Assembly (NCBI GenBank): GCA_024401215.1
Contig: JAKSLL010000003.1
Location: 4,389 to 68,388, forward strand
Source: Bacteroidaceae bacterium
Lineage (GTDB): Bacteria; Bacteroidota; Bacteroidia; Bacteroidales; Bacteroidaceae
DNA: 64,000 bases
Reading direction: 5' to 3'
The notes under the pieces are model-generated. The model searched no databases, had not been told where the DNA came from, and was given only the letters and a program-made list of their open reading frames with translations. Positions 9,836-19,021 of this stretch are shown here, one piece after another. Made by a program: the position numbers and the translations under genes. Numbering within the stretch: position 1 is the first letter of the stretch; each line of letters opens with the position of its first letter.

Positions 9836-10228
9836 TTATGGTTGTTTCCATGCAATGTCATCATCTTCGGCAACCATATTTGTTCCTTCATGCTCTACGT
9901 CAAAATTATAGGACTGCCTATAAGGACTTGACTGGATAATCTGCAGGTTGAGACATTTTTCAATCTTTGAAATAGTCTCAAGCGACAGGTTCTCTTGTCC
10001 TTTCAGCACCTTCGAAACATACTGCTGACTGCATCCCATGAATTCGGAAAGCTGTTTCTGCGACATATGCAGTTCTTCCATTTTGTCCAGCATCATCATG
10101 GAGATGTACTGGGAATGGCGCAACCATGCTTTGTTCTTCATGCGCCACTCTGCATTCTCGCGCCACTTCGATGGCGTTGGTGACTGATGCTCCTTCAGTT
10201 TGGAGATTATTTCCTCATTCGTTCTCAT
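9836..10228 (-). CDS. XRE-family helix-turn-helix protein (putative antitoxin)
   Basis: MSQKQLSEFMGCSQQYVSKVLKGQENLSLETISKIEKCL is a canonical HTH_XRE segment. The gene starts 15 nt downstream of the toxin-like ORF stop. Confidence 0.75.
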   Translation of the reverse strand: MRTNEEIISKLKEHQSPTPSKWRENAEWRMKNKAWLRHSQYISMMMLDKMEELHMSQKQLSEFMGCSQQYVSKVLKGQENLSLETISKIEKCLNLQIIQSSPYRQSYNFDVEHEGTNMVAEDDDIAWKQP

Positions 10229-10243
10229 TGAGACCTCCTTTCG

Positions 10244-10794
10244 TTAATATATTTCTTTCTGATAATCATCAAATGAATCCTTGTCCGTAATATCGTTGTC
10301 GAGCATAAATCGACGCACTTTCTCCATCCTTGCCAGTTCTGCGAGCGTATGTTCACGCTCTTGCATAGTGCGGGTGAGTTTAATAGCTCCACCTGTTATC
10401 ACATAGATTCCTGGTTCCAATTTGATGGCATAGATGCGCAACCATGATGCGTGTCTTGGTGTATTATGCAGGCGTGCCTTTTCTTTGCCCAACAGCATCT
10501 CAGAGTACGGTTGTTCTCAAGTGGCCTAAACACCTCGTCAAGGTTTGCTTCTGGCGAAAGGTCCATGATGAGGCATTGCAGCTTTTCGCTATCCTCAATC
10601 GTATCGTAGATGGCTTGATTTACATCTGTAATTTTGAAATAAGAAGCAAGATCGTCAAGGTTAGCCTTGAAGAAATCTCGGAGCCATATAAAATCGTTCC
10701 ATTGGTTCAGAATGGAGTCAATCACATTATCTGGGCATCCATCGTATCTTACCGCCCATAGTTTCTCATTTTCCGTTATTTGATTGAAAGTCAT
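10244..10794 (-). pseudogene. frameshifted toxin-like gene (N-terminal extension plus RelE/HigB-like C-terminus)
   Basis: Two overlapping reverse-strand ORFs (10399..10794 and 10244..10498) sit in different frames. The second frame is open upstream of its Met (..EQPYSEMLLGKEKARLHN..). The first degenerates after ...EVFRPLENNRTL into a Cys/His-rich tail. A 1-nt indel near 10495-10510 would join them into one protein of about 180 aa ending WLRIYAIKLEPGIYVITGGAIKLTRTMQE. Confidence 0.55.
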
Positions 10795-11126
10795 ATCTTA
10801 TTGATTTATTGCAAAGGTACACATAATACCTCCAATCGCACAACTTATAGGTTGATTATCCGTAATTTGGTTCTGATTTCTATCCTTATTTACGCAAATG
10901 CGTCTTTTATTTCTAAAGCATGGGTAAGCTTTAGTTCAAAATTCTTCTTGACGCCTATTCATAAGAATGCATGCATTCTGAAGGTTCCGTCAAGTTGTAC
11001 ATGTTCTAATGGATGGTTATTTCCTGTTTTTGTTAAGGCTCTTATCTCTTAATTTCTTCTCTTTTCTTGCTTGTCTCATCTGTTATTCATATCTTTGTAT
11101 GTAAAAAAACAGATATAACAGATATT

Positions 11127-11459
11127 ATGAAAAAATCATTCCTCTCGCTTGCCATGCTGCTCAGCGCCATGGCAGTATGCGCCCAGAGCTAAACCTACGT
11201 CGGCGACATGAACGACGACGGCAAGCTTGATGTCAGCGATGTCACCCAGCTTATCAATACCGTGATAGGCAAACAGGCTCCTCGCAAAGTCAGCCTCGGA
11301 GGAGGCAACCCTTACGCTGTTGACAACAGCGCAATAGCAGGTACATGGCGCACCACCTCAGGAGAAGTCCTCACCTTCAATGCCGACGGCACATGTACGA
11401 TTAGCAACACAGCATTTATGTTTTTGTTTTACACTTATATGACAAAAATGTCTTGCTAA
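11127..11459 (+). pseudogene. secreted dockerin-like-repeat protein interrupted by an in-frame TAA
   Basis: The ATG at 11127 encodes MKKSFLSLAMLLSAMAVCAQS, then TAA at 11190-11192. The same frame continues TYVGDMNDDGKLDVSDVTQLINTVIGKQ (D-x-N-x-D-G Ca-binding dockerin-like loop), which is the track ORF 11208..11459. The C-terminal end (..AFMFLFYTYMTKMSC) looks unnatural and truncated. Confidence 0.6.
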
Positions 11460-11551
11460 GTGAATGCTGTCATTCAGTTCAAGTGCATAATGTTATTCTT
11501 GCTGTGTGCATAATGTCAATCACGCCAGCTGCATGGCGGCATTCACGCTAA

Positions 11552-11721
11552 GTGAATAGAAAGCAAGTGTAGGGCATTGCATTTGGAGAGTAAAGAATAA
11601 AGAGTGAAGAGTTAAAGACTCCGAATTTCGGGGTCCTTAACTCTTCACTCTTAATGTATTGTCTGCCATCATCCCGGATGGCACTCCCTCCCTCACAGGG
11701 AGGGCGGGGAGGGTCTTTTTT
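11552..11721 (+). repeat. 170-bp direct repeat, copy 1
   Basis: By my base-by-base reading it is identical to 12122..12291 (offset 570 bp). It contains a near-perfect long hairpin (aagagtgaagagttaaagactccgaa/ttcggggtccttaactcttcactctt), a catcccggatg palindrome, and ccctccctcacagggagggcggggagggtcttttt. Confidence 0.9.
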
Positions 11722-12121
11722 CCTGTTTTCCGTATATGAGACACCCAATGCAAAAATTGCCTCTTTTTAGAGGTTTCCTGGTAGAAGCAAATGTCATATT
11801 GCAACTTTTTTCATGTGATATTGAATGTTTTCGTTGTAAATTATCAGTTTTATGTACATTGGACATTTCATGTTAATTCTTATGTGTCTTGACAGTGCCA
11901 GGAATGAGCTGGTTTAGGGTGGCATAATCACGCAATACTTTCTCTCAGCATGATGTTTATGCACGAATTACATCCATATATTCAGTAAATTCATGAGGTA
12001 TCTTGAGTATAAACATGGTAAAAAATTACTGCGAGACACCCAAATTTGCAAGTATCAAAATGTCAAACTGCTTATTTTTAATGGCTTATAAGTTTCTACT
12101 TTGGAAGAGTGTGGAAAACAG

Positions 12122-12291
12122 GTGAATAGAAAGCAAGTGTAGGGCATTGCATTTGGAGAGTAAAGAATAAAGAGTGAAGAGTTAAAGACTCCGAATTTCG
12201 GGGTCCTTAACTCTTCACTCTTAATGTATTGTCTGCCATCATCCCGGATGGCACTCCCTCCCTCACAGGGAGGGCGGGGAGGGTCTTTTTT
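12122..12291 (+). repeat. 170-bp direct repeat, copy 2
   Basis: Identical to 11552..11721. Its right end abuts or overlaps the stop codon (tta at 12291-12293) of the reverse-strand lipoprotein gene. Confidence 0.9.
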
Positions 12292-12878
12292 TACACCTCA
12301 GCGTCCTCGTCAGGGTCAACATTCATGCCCGGGTTGATAGGGCCTGTGTCGAGGTCGTTGGCTTTAGTGATAGTGTATGTGCCATTTGTGGCAATCTTGA
12401 GTTCGAAAGGCCATACCATGTCGGAAGCCTCGTCGGGGTCGCCAACAGAGATGATGAAGTAGAGCGCAGAGCGGTCTTCCTGCCTTTTCACATAATTGAA
12501 ATTGACGCCGACCATAGTGCTGAGGCTGAGCTCGTCCTTTGGCACATAGTCTCGGAAATCACGCTTATAGAATGTCTTGTTGAAGACGAGTTCGTCGCCA
12601 GTTGTCACTTTGACGCTTACTCGGCTTTCGTAATACTCTAGCCCCTGGGCGTTGATGACTGTGCGCATGGTGTCAATATGTTCGCGCGAATAAGTGAACT
12701 TGTATGTGCGTCCGTCAATCTTCATTGTGTCAGAGCGGTTGTAGTCGCGCAATGAAGCGATGCCGACAGAGTCAATCTCTTCGTCGGAAACATTAGTGAC
12801 TTCGGGCTCCTTCTTGTCGTTGCACGCAACGATGGCGGCAGCGAGGAGGGACAAAGATAATATTTTGAAAAGTTTCAT
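12291..12878 (-). CDS. putative lipoprotein (unknown function)
   Basis: MKLFKILSLSLLAAAIVAC-NDKK lipobox-like signal. 195 aa, beta-rich. Confidence 0.7.
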   Translation of the reverse strand: MKLFKILSLSLLAAAIVACNDKKEPEVTNVSDEEIDSVGIASLRDYNRSDTMKIDGRTYKFTYSREHIDTMRTVINAQGLEYYESRVSVKVTTGDELVFNKTFYKRDFRDYVPKDELSLSTMVGVNFNYVKRQEDRSALYFIISVGDPDEASDMVWPFELKIATNGTYTITKANDLDTGPINPGMNVDPDEDAEV

Positions 12879-12995
12879 AGATGTTGAAATGTCTTAGTAT
12901 TTGTAACTACTCAATTCTATTTTTTTATTAAACAGAGATTTGACCAAATTCAACCATAATTAAGCAATTTGTTGTTCTTGTAGGAGAATTCACAG

Positions 12996-13086
12996 AGCCA
13001 AGGCTCTAATTTGGTGGAATTTGGTGAAACCGAAGCTCGGCGTAAGCCAATCCTTGTTTGAAAACATCACTTGCAGAATAGTTACC
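12996..13086 (+). repeat. GGCTCTAATTTGGTGGA-family short repeat, copy 2
   Basis: agccaaggctctaatttggtggaatttggtgaaac...ccttgtttgaaaac...gcagaatagttacc. A longer variant of the 8815 copy. Confidence 0.7.
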
Positions 13087-13195
13087 TCTTTGGTAATTAG
13101 ATGCAAAATTAGTTAAAAGAATGTGATAATTGCAAAAAAGACTGAATAAATTTAAGAATATAATGCAATTAGTACATTGTATGAAAAAAAGGTGG

Positions 13196-13203
13196 TAACT
13201 TTG
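13196..13203 (+). promoter_or_regulatory. -7 promoter box TAACTTTG
   Basis: TAnnTTTG match 23 nt upstream of the map ATG (13226). Confidence 0.45.
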
Positions 13204-13225
13204 TAGGCAATTATAAATACGAATT

Positions 13226-14089
13226 ATGGGACTGTTTAATAAAAACCCACGAAATTGGAAGGTTAAGAGTGGCGTGCCGCTCACAGAGATGGACAAGCGT
13301 ATCCTCGCTGTCCAGAATAAGGGTCTCCTTGTACCGACCCGCGAATTGATAAAGACTCCAGAACAGATAGAAGGAATACGCAAGGCAGGTGTTCTCAATA
13401 CCGCTGTGCTTGACATGGTGGCTGAGAATATCAGAGAGGGAATGTCAACTCTCATGATAGACAACCTCGTGCATGAATTCACAATAAAGCATGGTGGCAT
13501 TCCTGCGCCGCTCAACTATGAGGGGTTCCCTAAGAGCTGCTGTACAAGCATCAACGAGGTGGTGTGCCATGGCATACCTTGTGAGGAGGACGTGCTTGAG
13601 GAGGGTGACATCATAAATGTTGACTGCACGACAATTGTTGATGGCTATTATGCCGATGCAAGCCGTATGTTCATCATCGGCAAGACGACTCCTGAGAGGG
13701 AGAATCTTGTGAGAGTGGCAAAGGAGTGCATGGAGATTGGTGCCGAGGCGTGCAAGCCTTATTCGTTTGTGGGTGACCAGGCGGCAGCCATCACCAAGCA
13801 TGCCCACAAGAACGGCTATAAGGTGGTGCGTGACCTTTGCGGACATGGCGTCGGCAATCAGTTCCATGAGGAGCCAGACATGGAGCATTGGGGCAAGAAA
13901 GGCAGCGGAATGCTGCTTGTGCCAGGCATGGTGTTCACCATTGAGCCAATGATCAATGCCGGTGGATGGGAAGTGTTTGTTGACAGCGACGACGAGTGGA
14001 CTGTCGTGACAGAAGACTATAGTGATTCTGCCCAGTGGGAGCACACCTATCTGATGACAGAGGAAGGACTGGAAATCCTGACATATTAG
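13226..14089 (+). CDS. map: type I methionine aminopeptidase
   Basis: CHGIP, the D..D metal ligands (INVDCTTIVDGYYADAS), HGVG and TIEP motifs. 287 aa with an N-terminal extension. Confidence 0.9.
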   Translation: MGLFNKNPRNWKVKSGVPLTEMDKRILAVQNKGLLVPTRELIKTPEQIEGIRKAGVLNTAVLDMVAENIREGMSTLMIDNLVHEFTIKHGGIPAPLNYEGFPKSCCTSINEVVCHGIPCEEDVLEEGDIINVDCTTIVDGYYADASRMFIIGKTTPERENLVRVAKECMEIGAEACKPYSFVGDQAAAITKHAHKNGYKVVRDLCGHGVGNQFHEEPDMEHWGKKGSGMLLVPGMVFTIEPMINAGGWEVFVDSDDEWTVVTEDYSDSAQWEHTYLMTEEGLEILTY

Positions 14090-14194
14090 GATTGTGCGGT
14101 TTTGACGATTATTCGGTTTGTCGATTTTTCGATTATTCGGAGTGACTCATCCGTAAAATCTTAGAACTGTAAAACATATTAAGAGAAAATCAAA

Positions 14195-15208
14195 ATGTAT
14201 ATACTTGCAATAGAAAGTTCGTGTGATGACACAAGTGCTGCGGTGCTCAAAGACGGCATCCTTCTCAGCAATGTGACAGCTTCGCAGGCTGTGCATGAGG
14301 AGTATGGAGGAGTGGTGCCAGAGCTGGCAAGCCGTGCTCATCAGCAGAATATCGTGCCTGTTGTCGATGCCGCCATCAAGCGTGCTGGAATCACAAAGGA
14401 GGACCTTAACGCTGTAGCATTCACGCGTGGCCCTGGACTAATGGGAAGCCTGCTTGTGGGTGTGAGCTTCGCAAAAGGTTTTGCGAGAAGTCTTGGCATA
14501 CCGATGATAGATGTTAATCACCTTCAGGGTCATGTGCTTGCACATTTCATCAAGGAGAGTGAGGACGACAACGACCAGCCGGAGTTTCCTTATCTCTGTC
14601 TGCTCGTGAGCGGCGGCAACTCGCAGATTGTGAAGGTGAACTCATATAAGGACATGGAAATCATCGGGCAGACGATAGATGACGCTGCAGGAGAGGCTAT
14701 AGATAAATGCTCGAAGGTCATGGGGCTTGGATACCCTGGCGGCCCTATCATTGACAAGCTGGCACGACAGGGCAACCCGGAAGCTTTTGAGTTCGCCAAG
14801 CCAAACATAGCAGGTTACGACTATTCGTTCTCAGGGCTGAAGACTTCATTCCTGTATAACTTGAGAGACTGGATAAAAGACGCCCCCGACTTCATCGAGC
14901 ATCACAAGGAGGACCTTGCTGCGTCGCTCGAAAAGACAATAGTCGATATCCTCATGAAGAAGTTGCGAAAGGCGGTGAAGGACACCGGTATCAAGCAGGT
15001 GGCTGTGGCTGGCGGAGTCAGCGCCAACAACGGACTTCGTAATGCCTACCGTGACCATGCCAAGAGATATGGGTGGAAGATTTTCATACCAAAATTCTCG
15101 TTCACTACCGACAATGCCGCAATGATAGGCATCACAGGCTATTTCAAATATCTTGACGGCGACTTCGCCTCAATCGACCTGCCTGCTTATGCAAGAATGG
15201 AGAAGTAG
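14195..15208 (+). CDS. tsaD: tRNA N6-adenosine threonylcarbamoyltransferase
   Basis: MYILAIESSCDDTSAAVL N-terminus, H..H (HLQGH) metal motif, and the GGVSAN segment typical of Kae1/TsaD. Confidence 0.92.
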   Translation: MYILAIESSCDDTSAAVLKDGILLSNVTASQAVHEEYGGVVPELASRAHQQNIVPVVDAAIKRAGITKEDLNAVAFTRGPGLMGSLLVGVSFAKGFARSLGIPMIDVNHLQGHVLAHFIKESEDDNDQPEFPYLCLLVSGGNSQIVKVNSYKDMEIIGQTIDDAAGEAIDKCSKVMGLGYPGGPIIDKLARQGNPEAFEFAKPNIAGYDYSFSGLKTSFLYNLRDWIKDAPDFIEHHKEDLAASLEKTIVDILMKKLRKAVKDTGIKQVAVAGGVSANNGLRNAYRDHAKRYGWKIFIPKFSFTTDNAAMIGITGYFKYLDGDFASIDLPAYARMEK

Positions 15209-15650
15209 GCTCGTCGGCAAGACGGTATGCACGGCAGAATCTTGCACTGGAGGCAGGATAGCATCTGCCATAACCGCTGTGTCGGGCGCTTCCGACTACT
15301 TCGTTGGAGCTCTTGTGGCTTATCAGAACGAGGTGAAGGAGAGGATGCTTGGCGTACCCCCAGAGATGATAGCCGAGCATGATGTGGTGTCGCGCGAGGT
15401 TGTTGAACAGATGGTGAGAGGTGCATGTAAATATTTCGGCACCGATTATGCCATGGCATCAACAGGATATGCCGAAGCGTGGGAAGGGCATGAGGTGAGG
15501 ATATGGATAGGCTGGGGAAGTGCTGACGATGTGCATTCGCTCTGCTTGCGTGAAGACCACGGTCGTGTGAGGAATGTGGAGATAGCTACAGAAAAGGTCA
15601 TGGAGGAGTTCTCCAGATTTTTGGATGCTCTTCCAGAGTCAGAGTTTTAA
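15189..15650 (+). CDS. CinA C-terminal-domain protein (nicotinamide-nucleotide amidohydrolase PncC-like)
   Basis: The CTAESCTGGRIASAIT motif is the CinA/PncC hallmark. Start set at the ATG at 15189, which overlaps the tsaD end by 20 nt. The track ORF begins at a TTG at 15153. Confidence 0.8.
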   Translation: MQEWRSRLVGKTVCTAESCTGGRIASAITAVSGASDYFVGALVAYQNEVKERMLGVPPEMIAEHDVVSREVVEQMVRGACKYFGTDYAMASTGYAEAWEGHEVRIWIGWGSADDVHSLCLREDHGRVRNVEIATEKVMEEFSRFLDALPESEF

Positions 15651-15664
15651 CAAAGAAACAGCAA

Positions 15665-16417
15665 ATGAAAGAAGTTAGATTCTTCTATGTGCCCGATGCT
15701 GCAACTGCGGCTGAACTTCCAGAAGAAGAGGCTCAGCATGCGTGCAGGGTGCTCAGAATGGAGCCGGGTGATGATATGATGCTCATGGACGGCGAAGGAG
15801 TGTTCTACCGTGCTGTGGTCAGCGAAGCCACAAAGAAGCGCTGCCTTTACCGCATTGAGGAGGCATTGCCGCAGCAGAGGCAGTGGACGCCTCGTCTGCA
15901 CCTCGCCATGGCGCCAACAAAGAATATGGACCGTACAGAGTGGTTCGCCGAGAAAGCGACAGAGATAGGCTTTGACGAGCTGACATTTCTCAAATGCAAA
16001 TTCTCAGAGCGTACTGTGATAAAGAATGAGCGCATAGAGAAAATCCTTGTCTCGGCGATGAAGCAGAGTCATAAGGCATGGAAGCCGGTGCTCAACGAGA
16101 TGACAGACTTCAAGGCTTTTGTGGCAGAGATGGCAAAGGAGGAGTCGGAGATGTTTCCGCATCCAGCTAAGATGAAGAAATTTATCTGTCATTGCTATGA
16201 GGAGGAGACGCTTGGCGAGAAGATACCGCTGAAAGATGCCCTGAAAGCTGGCGAGGACGCCCTTGTGCTCGTGGGACCCGAAGGCGACTTCTCCGTGGAG
16301 GAGGTGAGGCTCGCTGAAAGCCTCGGTTTCCAAAGCGTAAGTCTCGGAGAAAGCCGACTGCGAACAGAAACTGCAGCTCTTGTGGCTGTGCATATCATGA
16401 ACCTTATAAATCAATGA
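15665..16417 (+). CDS. rsmE: 16S rRNA (uracil1498-N3)-methyltransferase
   Basis: RFFYVPD N-terminus, LVGPEGDFSVEEV and LGESRLRTETAAL motifs of the RsmE/SPOUT family. Confidence 0.88.
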   Translation: MKEVRFFYVPDAATAAELPEEEAQHACRVLRMEPGDDMMLMDGEGVFYRAVVSEATKKRCLYRIEEALPQQRQWTPRLHLAMAPTKNMDRTEWFAEKATEIGFDELTFLKCKFSERTVIKNERIEKILVSAMKQSHKAWKPVLNEMTDFKAFVAEMAKEESEMFPHPAKMKKFICHCYEEETLGEKIPLKDALKAGEDALVLVGPEGDFSVEEVRLAESLGFQSVSLGESRLRTETAALVAVHIMNLINQ

Positions 16418-16435
16418 GATAAGTAAGGAGGAGAA

Positions 16436-16585
16436 TCTTAACTCTACTTGTTACGGAGTTAAAGGGTAGTTAAAGAGGAGTTAAAGCGACGAATGTCTGT
16501 ATAGGGCAAGCGTCTCTTTAACAACGAGCGAAACGAAAACTTCACGATAATTCCCCAAAAACGAGCAAATTGCAAACTTGAATAT
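16436..16585 (+). repeat. GGAGTTAAAG-family intergenic repeat, copy C
   Basis: cttgttacggagttaaagggtagttaaagaggagttaaagcgacgaatgtctgtatagggcaagcgtctctttaac...cgagcgaaacg...ccccaaaaacgagcaaattgcaaacttgaat. Confidence 0.85.
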
Positions 16586-16613
16586 ATTGAAAATACCTAA
16601 TGACAAAACATTT

Positions 16614-18197
16614 ATGAAGAAAAAGAAGAATAAAAGCAAAGGCAAAGGCATAATAATCTCTATTGTCTTGATAGTGCTGCTTGCAGTAATTGCTGTCGTT
16701 GCATACCTGTTCCTTAACAAGAAGGCAGAGGATTACCTCAATGTGATACCTGCAAACGCCACTTTCGTGGCTGCGGTAGATGTGAAGACGATAGCAGAGG
16801 AAGGCAGGCTTGAGAAATCCTCTGTGATGAAGTCGCTCGACTCCTATGTGGGTGCTGTGGCTCTCGGCAAAGACAAGAAAGTGTTGAAGGACTACATGAA
16901 AGAGCCATCTAAGATGGGTATCGACTTCCGCTCTCCTGTGTATGTGTTCAAGACAGCTGGCGAGGCTCTCGGCGTAACGATGAAGGTTGCTGACAAAGGC
17001 ACGATGGAGGAATTCATCTCATGTCTTGTGAAGCAGAATCTCGCAACAAAGGCTACAGAGAAAGATGGTGTGATGTGCGGCACTCTGCTGGAGGACATCG
17101 CCTATACATATAATAATAGCACTCTTCTGCTTTTTGCGTCGCTTGAGAAGATGAGCGCATCCAAGAACAAGCAGATGAGCGTGGAGCTTATGAAGCTTGA
17201 GGCTGGCGACTCCTTCTGTTCGACTAAGGCATTCGACACAATGAATGAGCAGAGCGGCAAAGATGTTGTCATCTACTCAAACCTCAGCGCTCTGCCTCAG
17301 TCGTTCGCAAAGCAGGCGACGACATTCATCCCTAATGACGTGAATAACAGCGATATTGAAGTTGTGGCAAGCGTTGACTTCGACAAAGGAAGAGCCGTGC
17401 TTACTTCCAGCGTATGGGGTAAGACAGACAAAGCGCAGGATATCATCGATGATGCTGACAGAAACATGAAGAAGATTGGGGGACGCTACATTGACATGCC
17501 AACAGAGAACACCCTCGTGTGGATTGGCATGGGTGCAAAGGGCGAATGGCTCCTTAAGAAGATGAAAGAGAGCAAGAAGACAAAGGAGATACTCTTTGTT
17601 GTGGAGCGAGCAATAGATATCGAGCAGATGATTTCTGCTGTTGATGGTGATGTTGCTGTGGCTGTCCCTGCGTCAGCAATACAGAACAGCGTCATATCAT
17701 CTGTGGCAAACAAGTTCAAGAAGGACGATACGATAGGCTTTGACTTCTATGCACAGGCAGAACTTGACAATGATAACTTCCTGAGTGACGTCAAGGACTG
17801 GCAGAAGAGCATGAAAGACTATGGCATGAAGATGAAAGAGACAGGTGACAACGAATACCGCCTTGAACTCGACGGCAAGGATGTGAACTGGGGCGTGACA
17901 GACGGAGAGAATCTGTATATCGCCACTTCACGCGCCTTCAAGAAGAACGGCAAGGCAGAGAAGAGCGGCCTGCTCAAGGAATATGAGCGAGACATCAAAG
18001 ACAGCAAGATGTTTGCTATCGTGAATCTGAAGTCAATACCTGTGAAGACCATCACATTCTTCTCTGGCATTCCAGAGATAGGAAAGAAGCTGAGCATCTT
18101 CAAGGCTGTCATCTTCAAGGCTCCTTCAGCAGATAAGATGGAGATAGTCATCGAACTTGATGACAAGGATGAGAACTTCCTGAAGCAGGTTCTGTAA
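16614..18197 (+). CDS. membrane-anchored DUF4836-like protein
   Basis: MKKKKNKSKGKG followed by a TM helix (IIISIVLIVLLAVIAVVAYLF), then YLNVIPANATFVAAVDVKTI. Recalled as typical of the Bacteroidetes DUF4836 family. Start set at the ATG at 16614 because the TTG at 16578 lies inside repeat copy C. Confidence 0.6.
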   Translation: MKKKKNKSKGKGIIISIVLIVLLAVIAVVAYLFLNKKAEDYLNVIPANATFVAAVDVKTIAEEGRLEKSSVMKSLDSYVGAVALGKDKKVLKDYMKEPSKMGIDFRSPVYVFKTAGEALGVTMKVADKGTMEEFISCLVKQNLATKATEKDGVMCGTLLEDIAYTYNNSTLLLFASLEKMSASKNKQMSVELMKLEAGDSFCSTKAFDTMNEQSGKDVVIYSNLSALPQSFAKQATTFIPNDVNNSDIEVVASVDFDKGRAVLTSSVWGKTDKAQDIIDDADRNMKKIGGRYIDMPTENTLVWIGMGAKGEWLLKKMKESKKTKEILFVVERAIDIEQMISAVDGDVAVAVPASAIQNSVISSVANKFKKDDTIGFDFYAQAELDNDNFLSDVKDWQKSMKDYGMKMKETGDNEYRLELDGKDVNWGVTDGENLYIATSRAFKKNGKAEKSGLLKEYERDIKDSKMFAIVNLKSIPVKTITFFSGIPEIGKKLSIFKAVIFKAPSADKMEIVIELDDKDENFLKQVL

Positions 18198-18202
18198 TTT
18201 TA

Positions 18203-18352
18203 CATGTTGTGGAGTTAAAGGGAAGTTAAAGAGAAGTTAAAGGGACGAATGTCTGTATATGGTAAACGTCCCTTGAACTCCGAGCGAAGCGGTAACTCCT
18301 CTTTAACTTCACTTTAACTCTACAGCTGAGCAAGTTGCTTGCTAAAGTTGAA
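18203..18352 (+). repeat. GGAGTTAAAG-family intergenic repeat, copy D
   Basis: gttgtggagttaaagggaagttaaagagaagttaaagggacgaatgtctgtatatggtaaacgtcccttgaactccgagcgaagcggtaactcctctttaacttcactttaactctac. The 5' and 3' arms are inverted copies of each other. Confidence 0.85.
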
Positions 18353-18367
18353 TAATTTTACTTATTT

Positions 18368-19021
18368 ATGGATAAGATACAATTGATAGGCACTCTGCCA
18401 TGCGTGTTTGAAGGCCGTAGCGATATTGCGAGCGATGTGTGGAACAAGACTGTGGAGTTTGACCGCGACAAGCTGTATCTTGTGGAGGCAAACTCAGGTA
18501 CAGGCAAGTCATCTCTTTGCAGCTTCATCTATGGCTACCGCAACGACTACAAAGGACAGATACTCTTTGATGGCGAGGATGTGAGAAAATACTCCGTCAA
18601 GCAATGGACAAACATACGCATGAAGCATTTCGCACTCCTATGGCAGGAGCTGAGGCTCTTCCCCGAACTCACAGCTATGGAGAATGTGGAGATAAAGAAT
18701 AAGCTCTCAGGCATTACTGGCTATCAGAAAGAGGCGCAGATTAAGGAGTGGTTTGAGATGCTCGGAGTGGCAGATAAGATGGATGCGAAGATTGGCAGGA
18801 TGTCGTTCGGACAGCAGCAGCGCGTGGCGCTCATCCGTGCATTATGCCAGCCTTTCGATTTCATCTTCGTTGATGAGCCGATAAGCCATCTTGATGACAC
18901 CAATTCGGAGATTATGGGGCGAATCCTCACAGCAGAGGCAAAACGCCAGGGGGCGGGAGTCATCGCCACATCTATTGGAAAGCATATTGAGTTGAACTAC
19001 GACAAGGTGTTTAGACTATGA
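18368..19021 (+). CDS. ABC transporter ATP-binding protein
   Basis: Walker A (NSGTGKSS), signature-like segment (MSFGQQQRVALIRAL), Walker B (FIFVDEPISHLD). Confidence 0.85.
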   Translation: MDKIQLIGTLPCVFEGRSDIASDVWNKTVEFDRDKLYLVEANSGTGKSSLCSFIYGYRNDYKGQILFDGEDVRKYSVKQWTNIRMKHFALLWQELRLFPELTAMENVEIKNKLSGITGYQKEAQIKEWFEMLGVADKMDAKIGRMSFGQQQRVALIRALCQPFDFIFVDEPISHLDDTNSEIMGRILTAEAKRQGAGVIATSIGKHIELNYDKVFRL

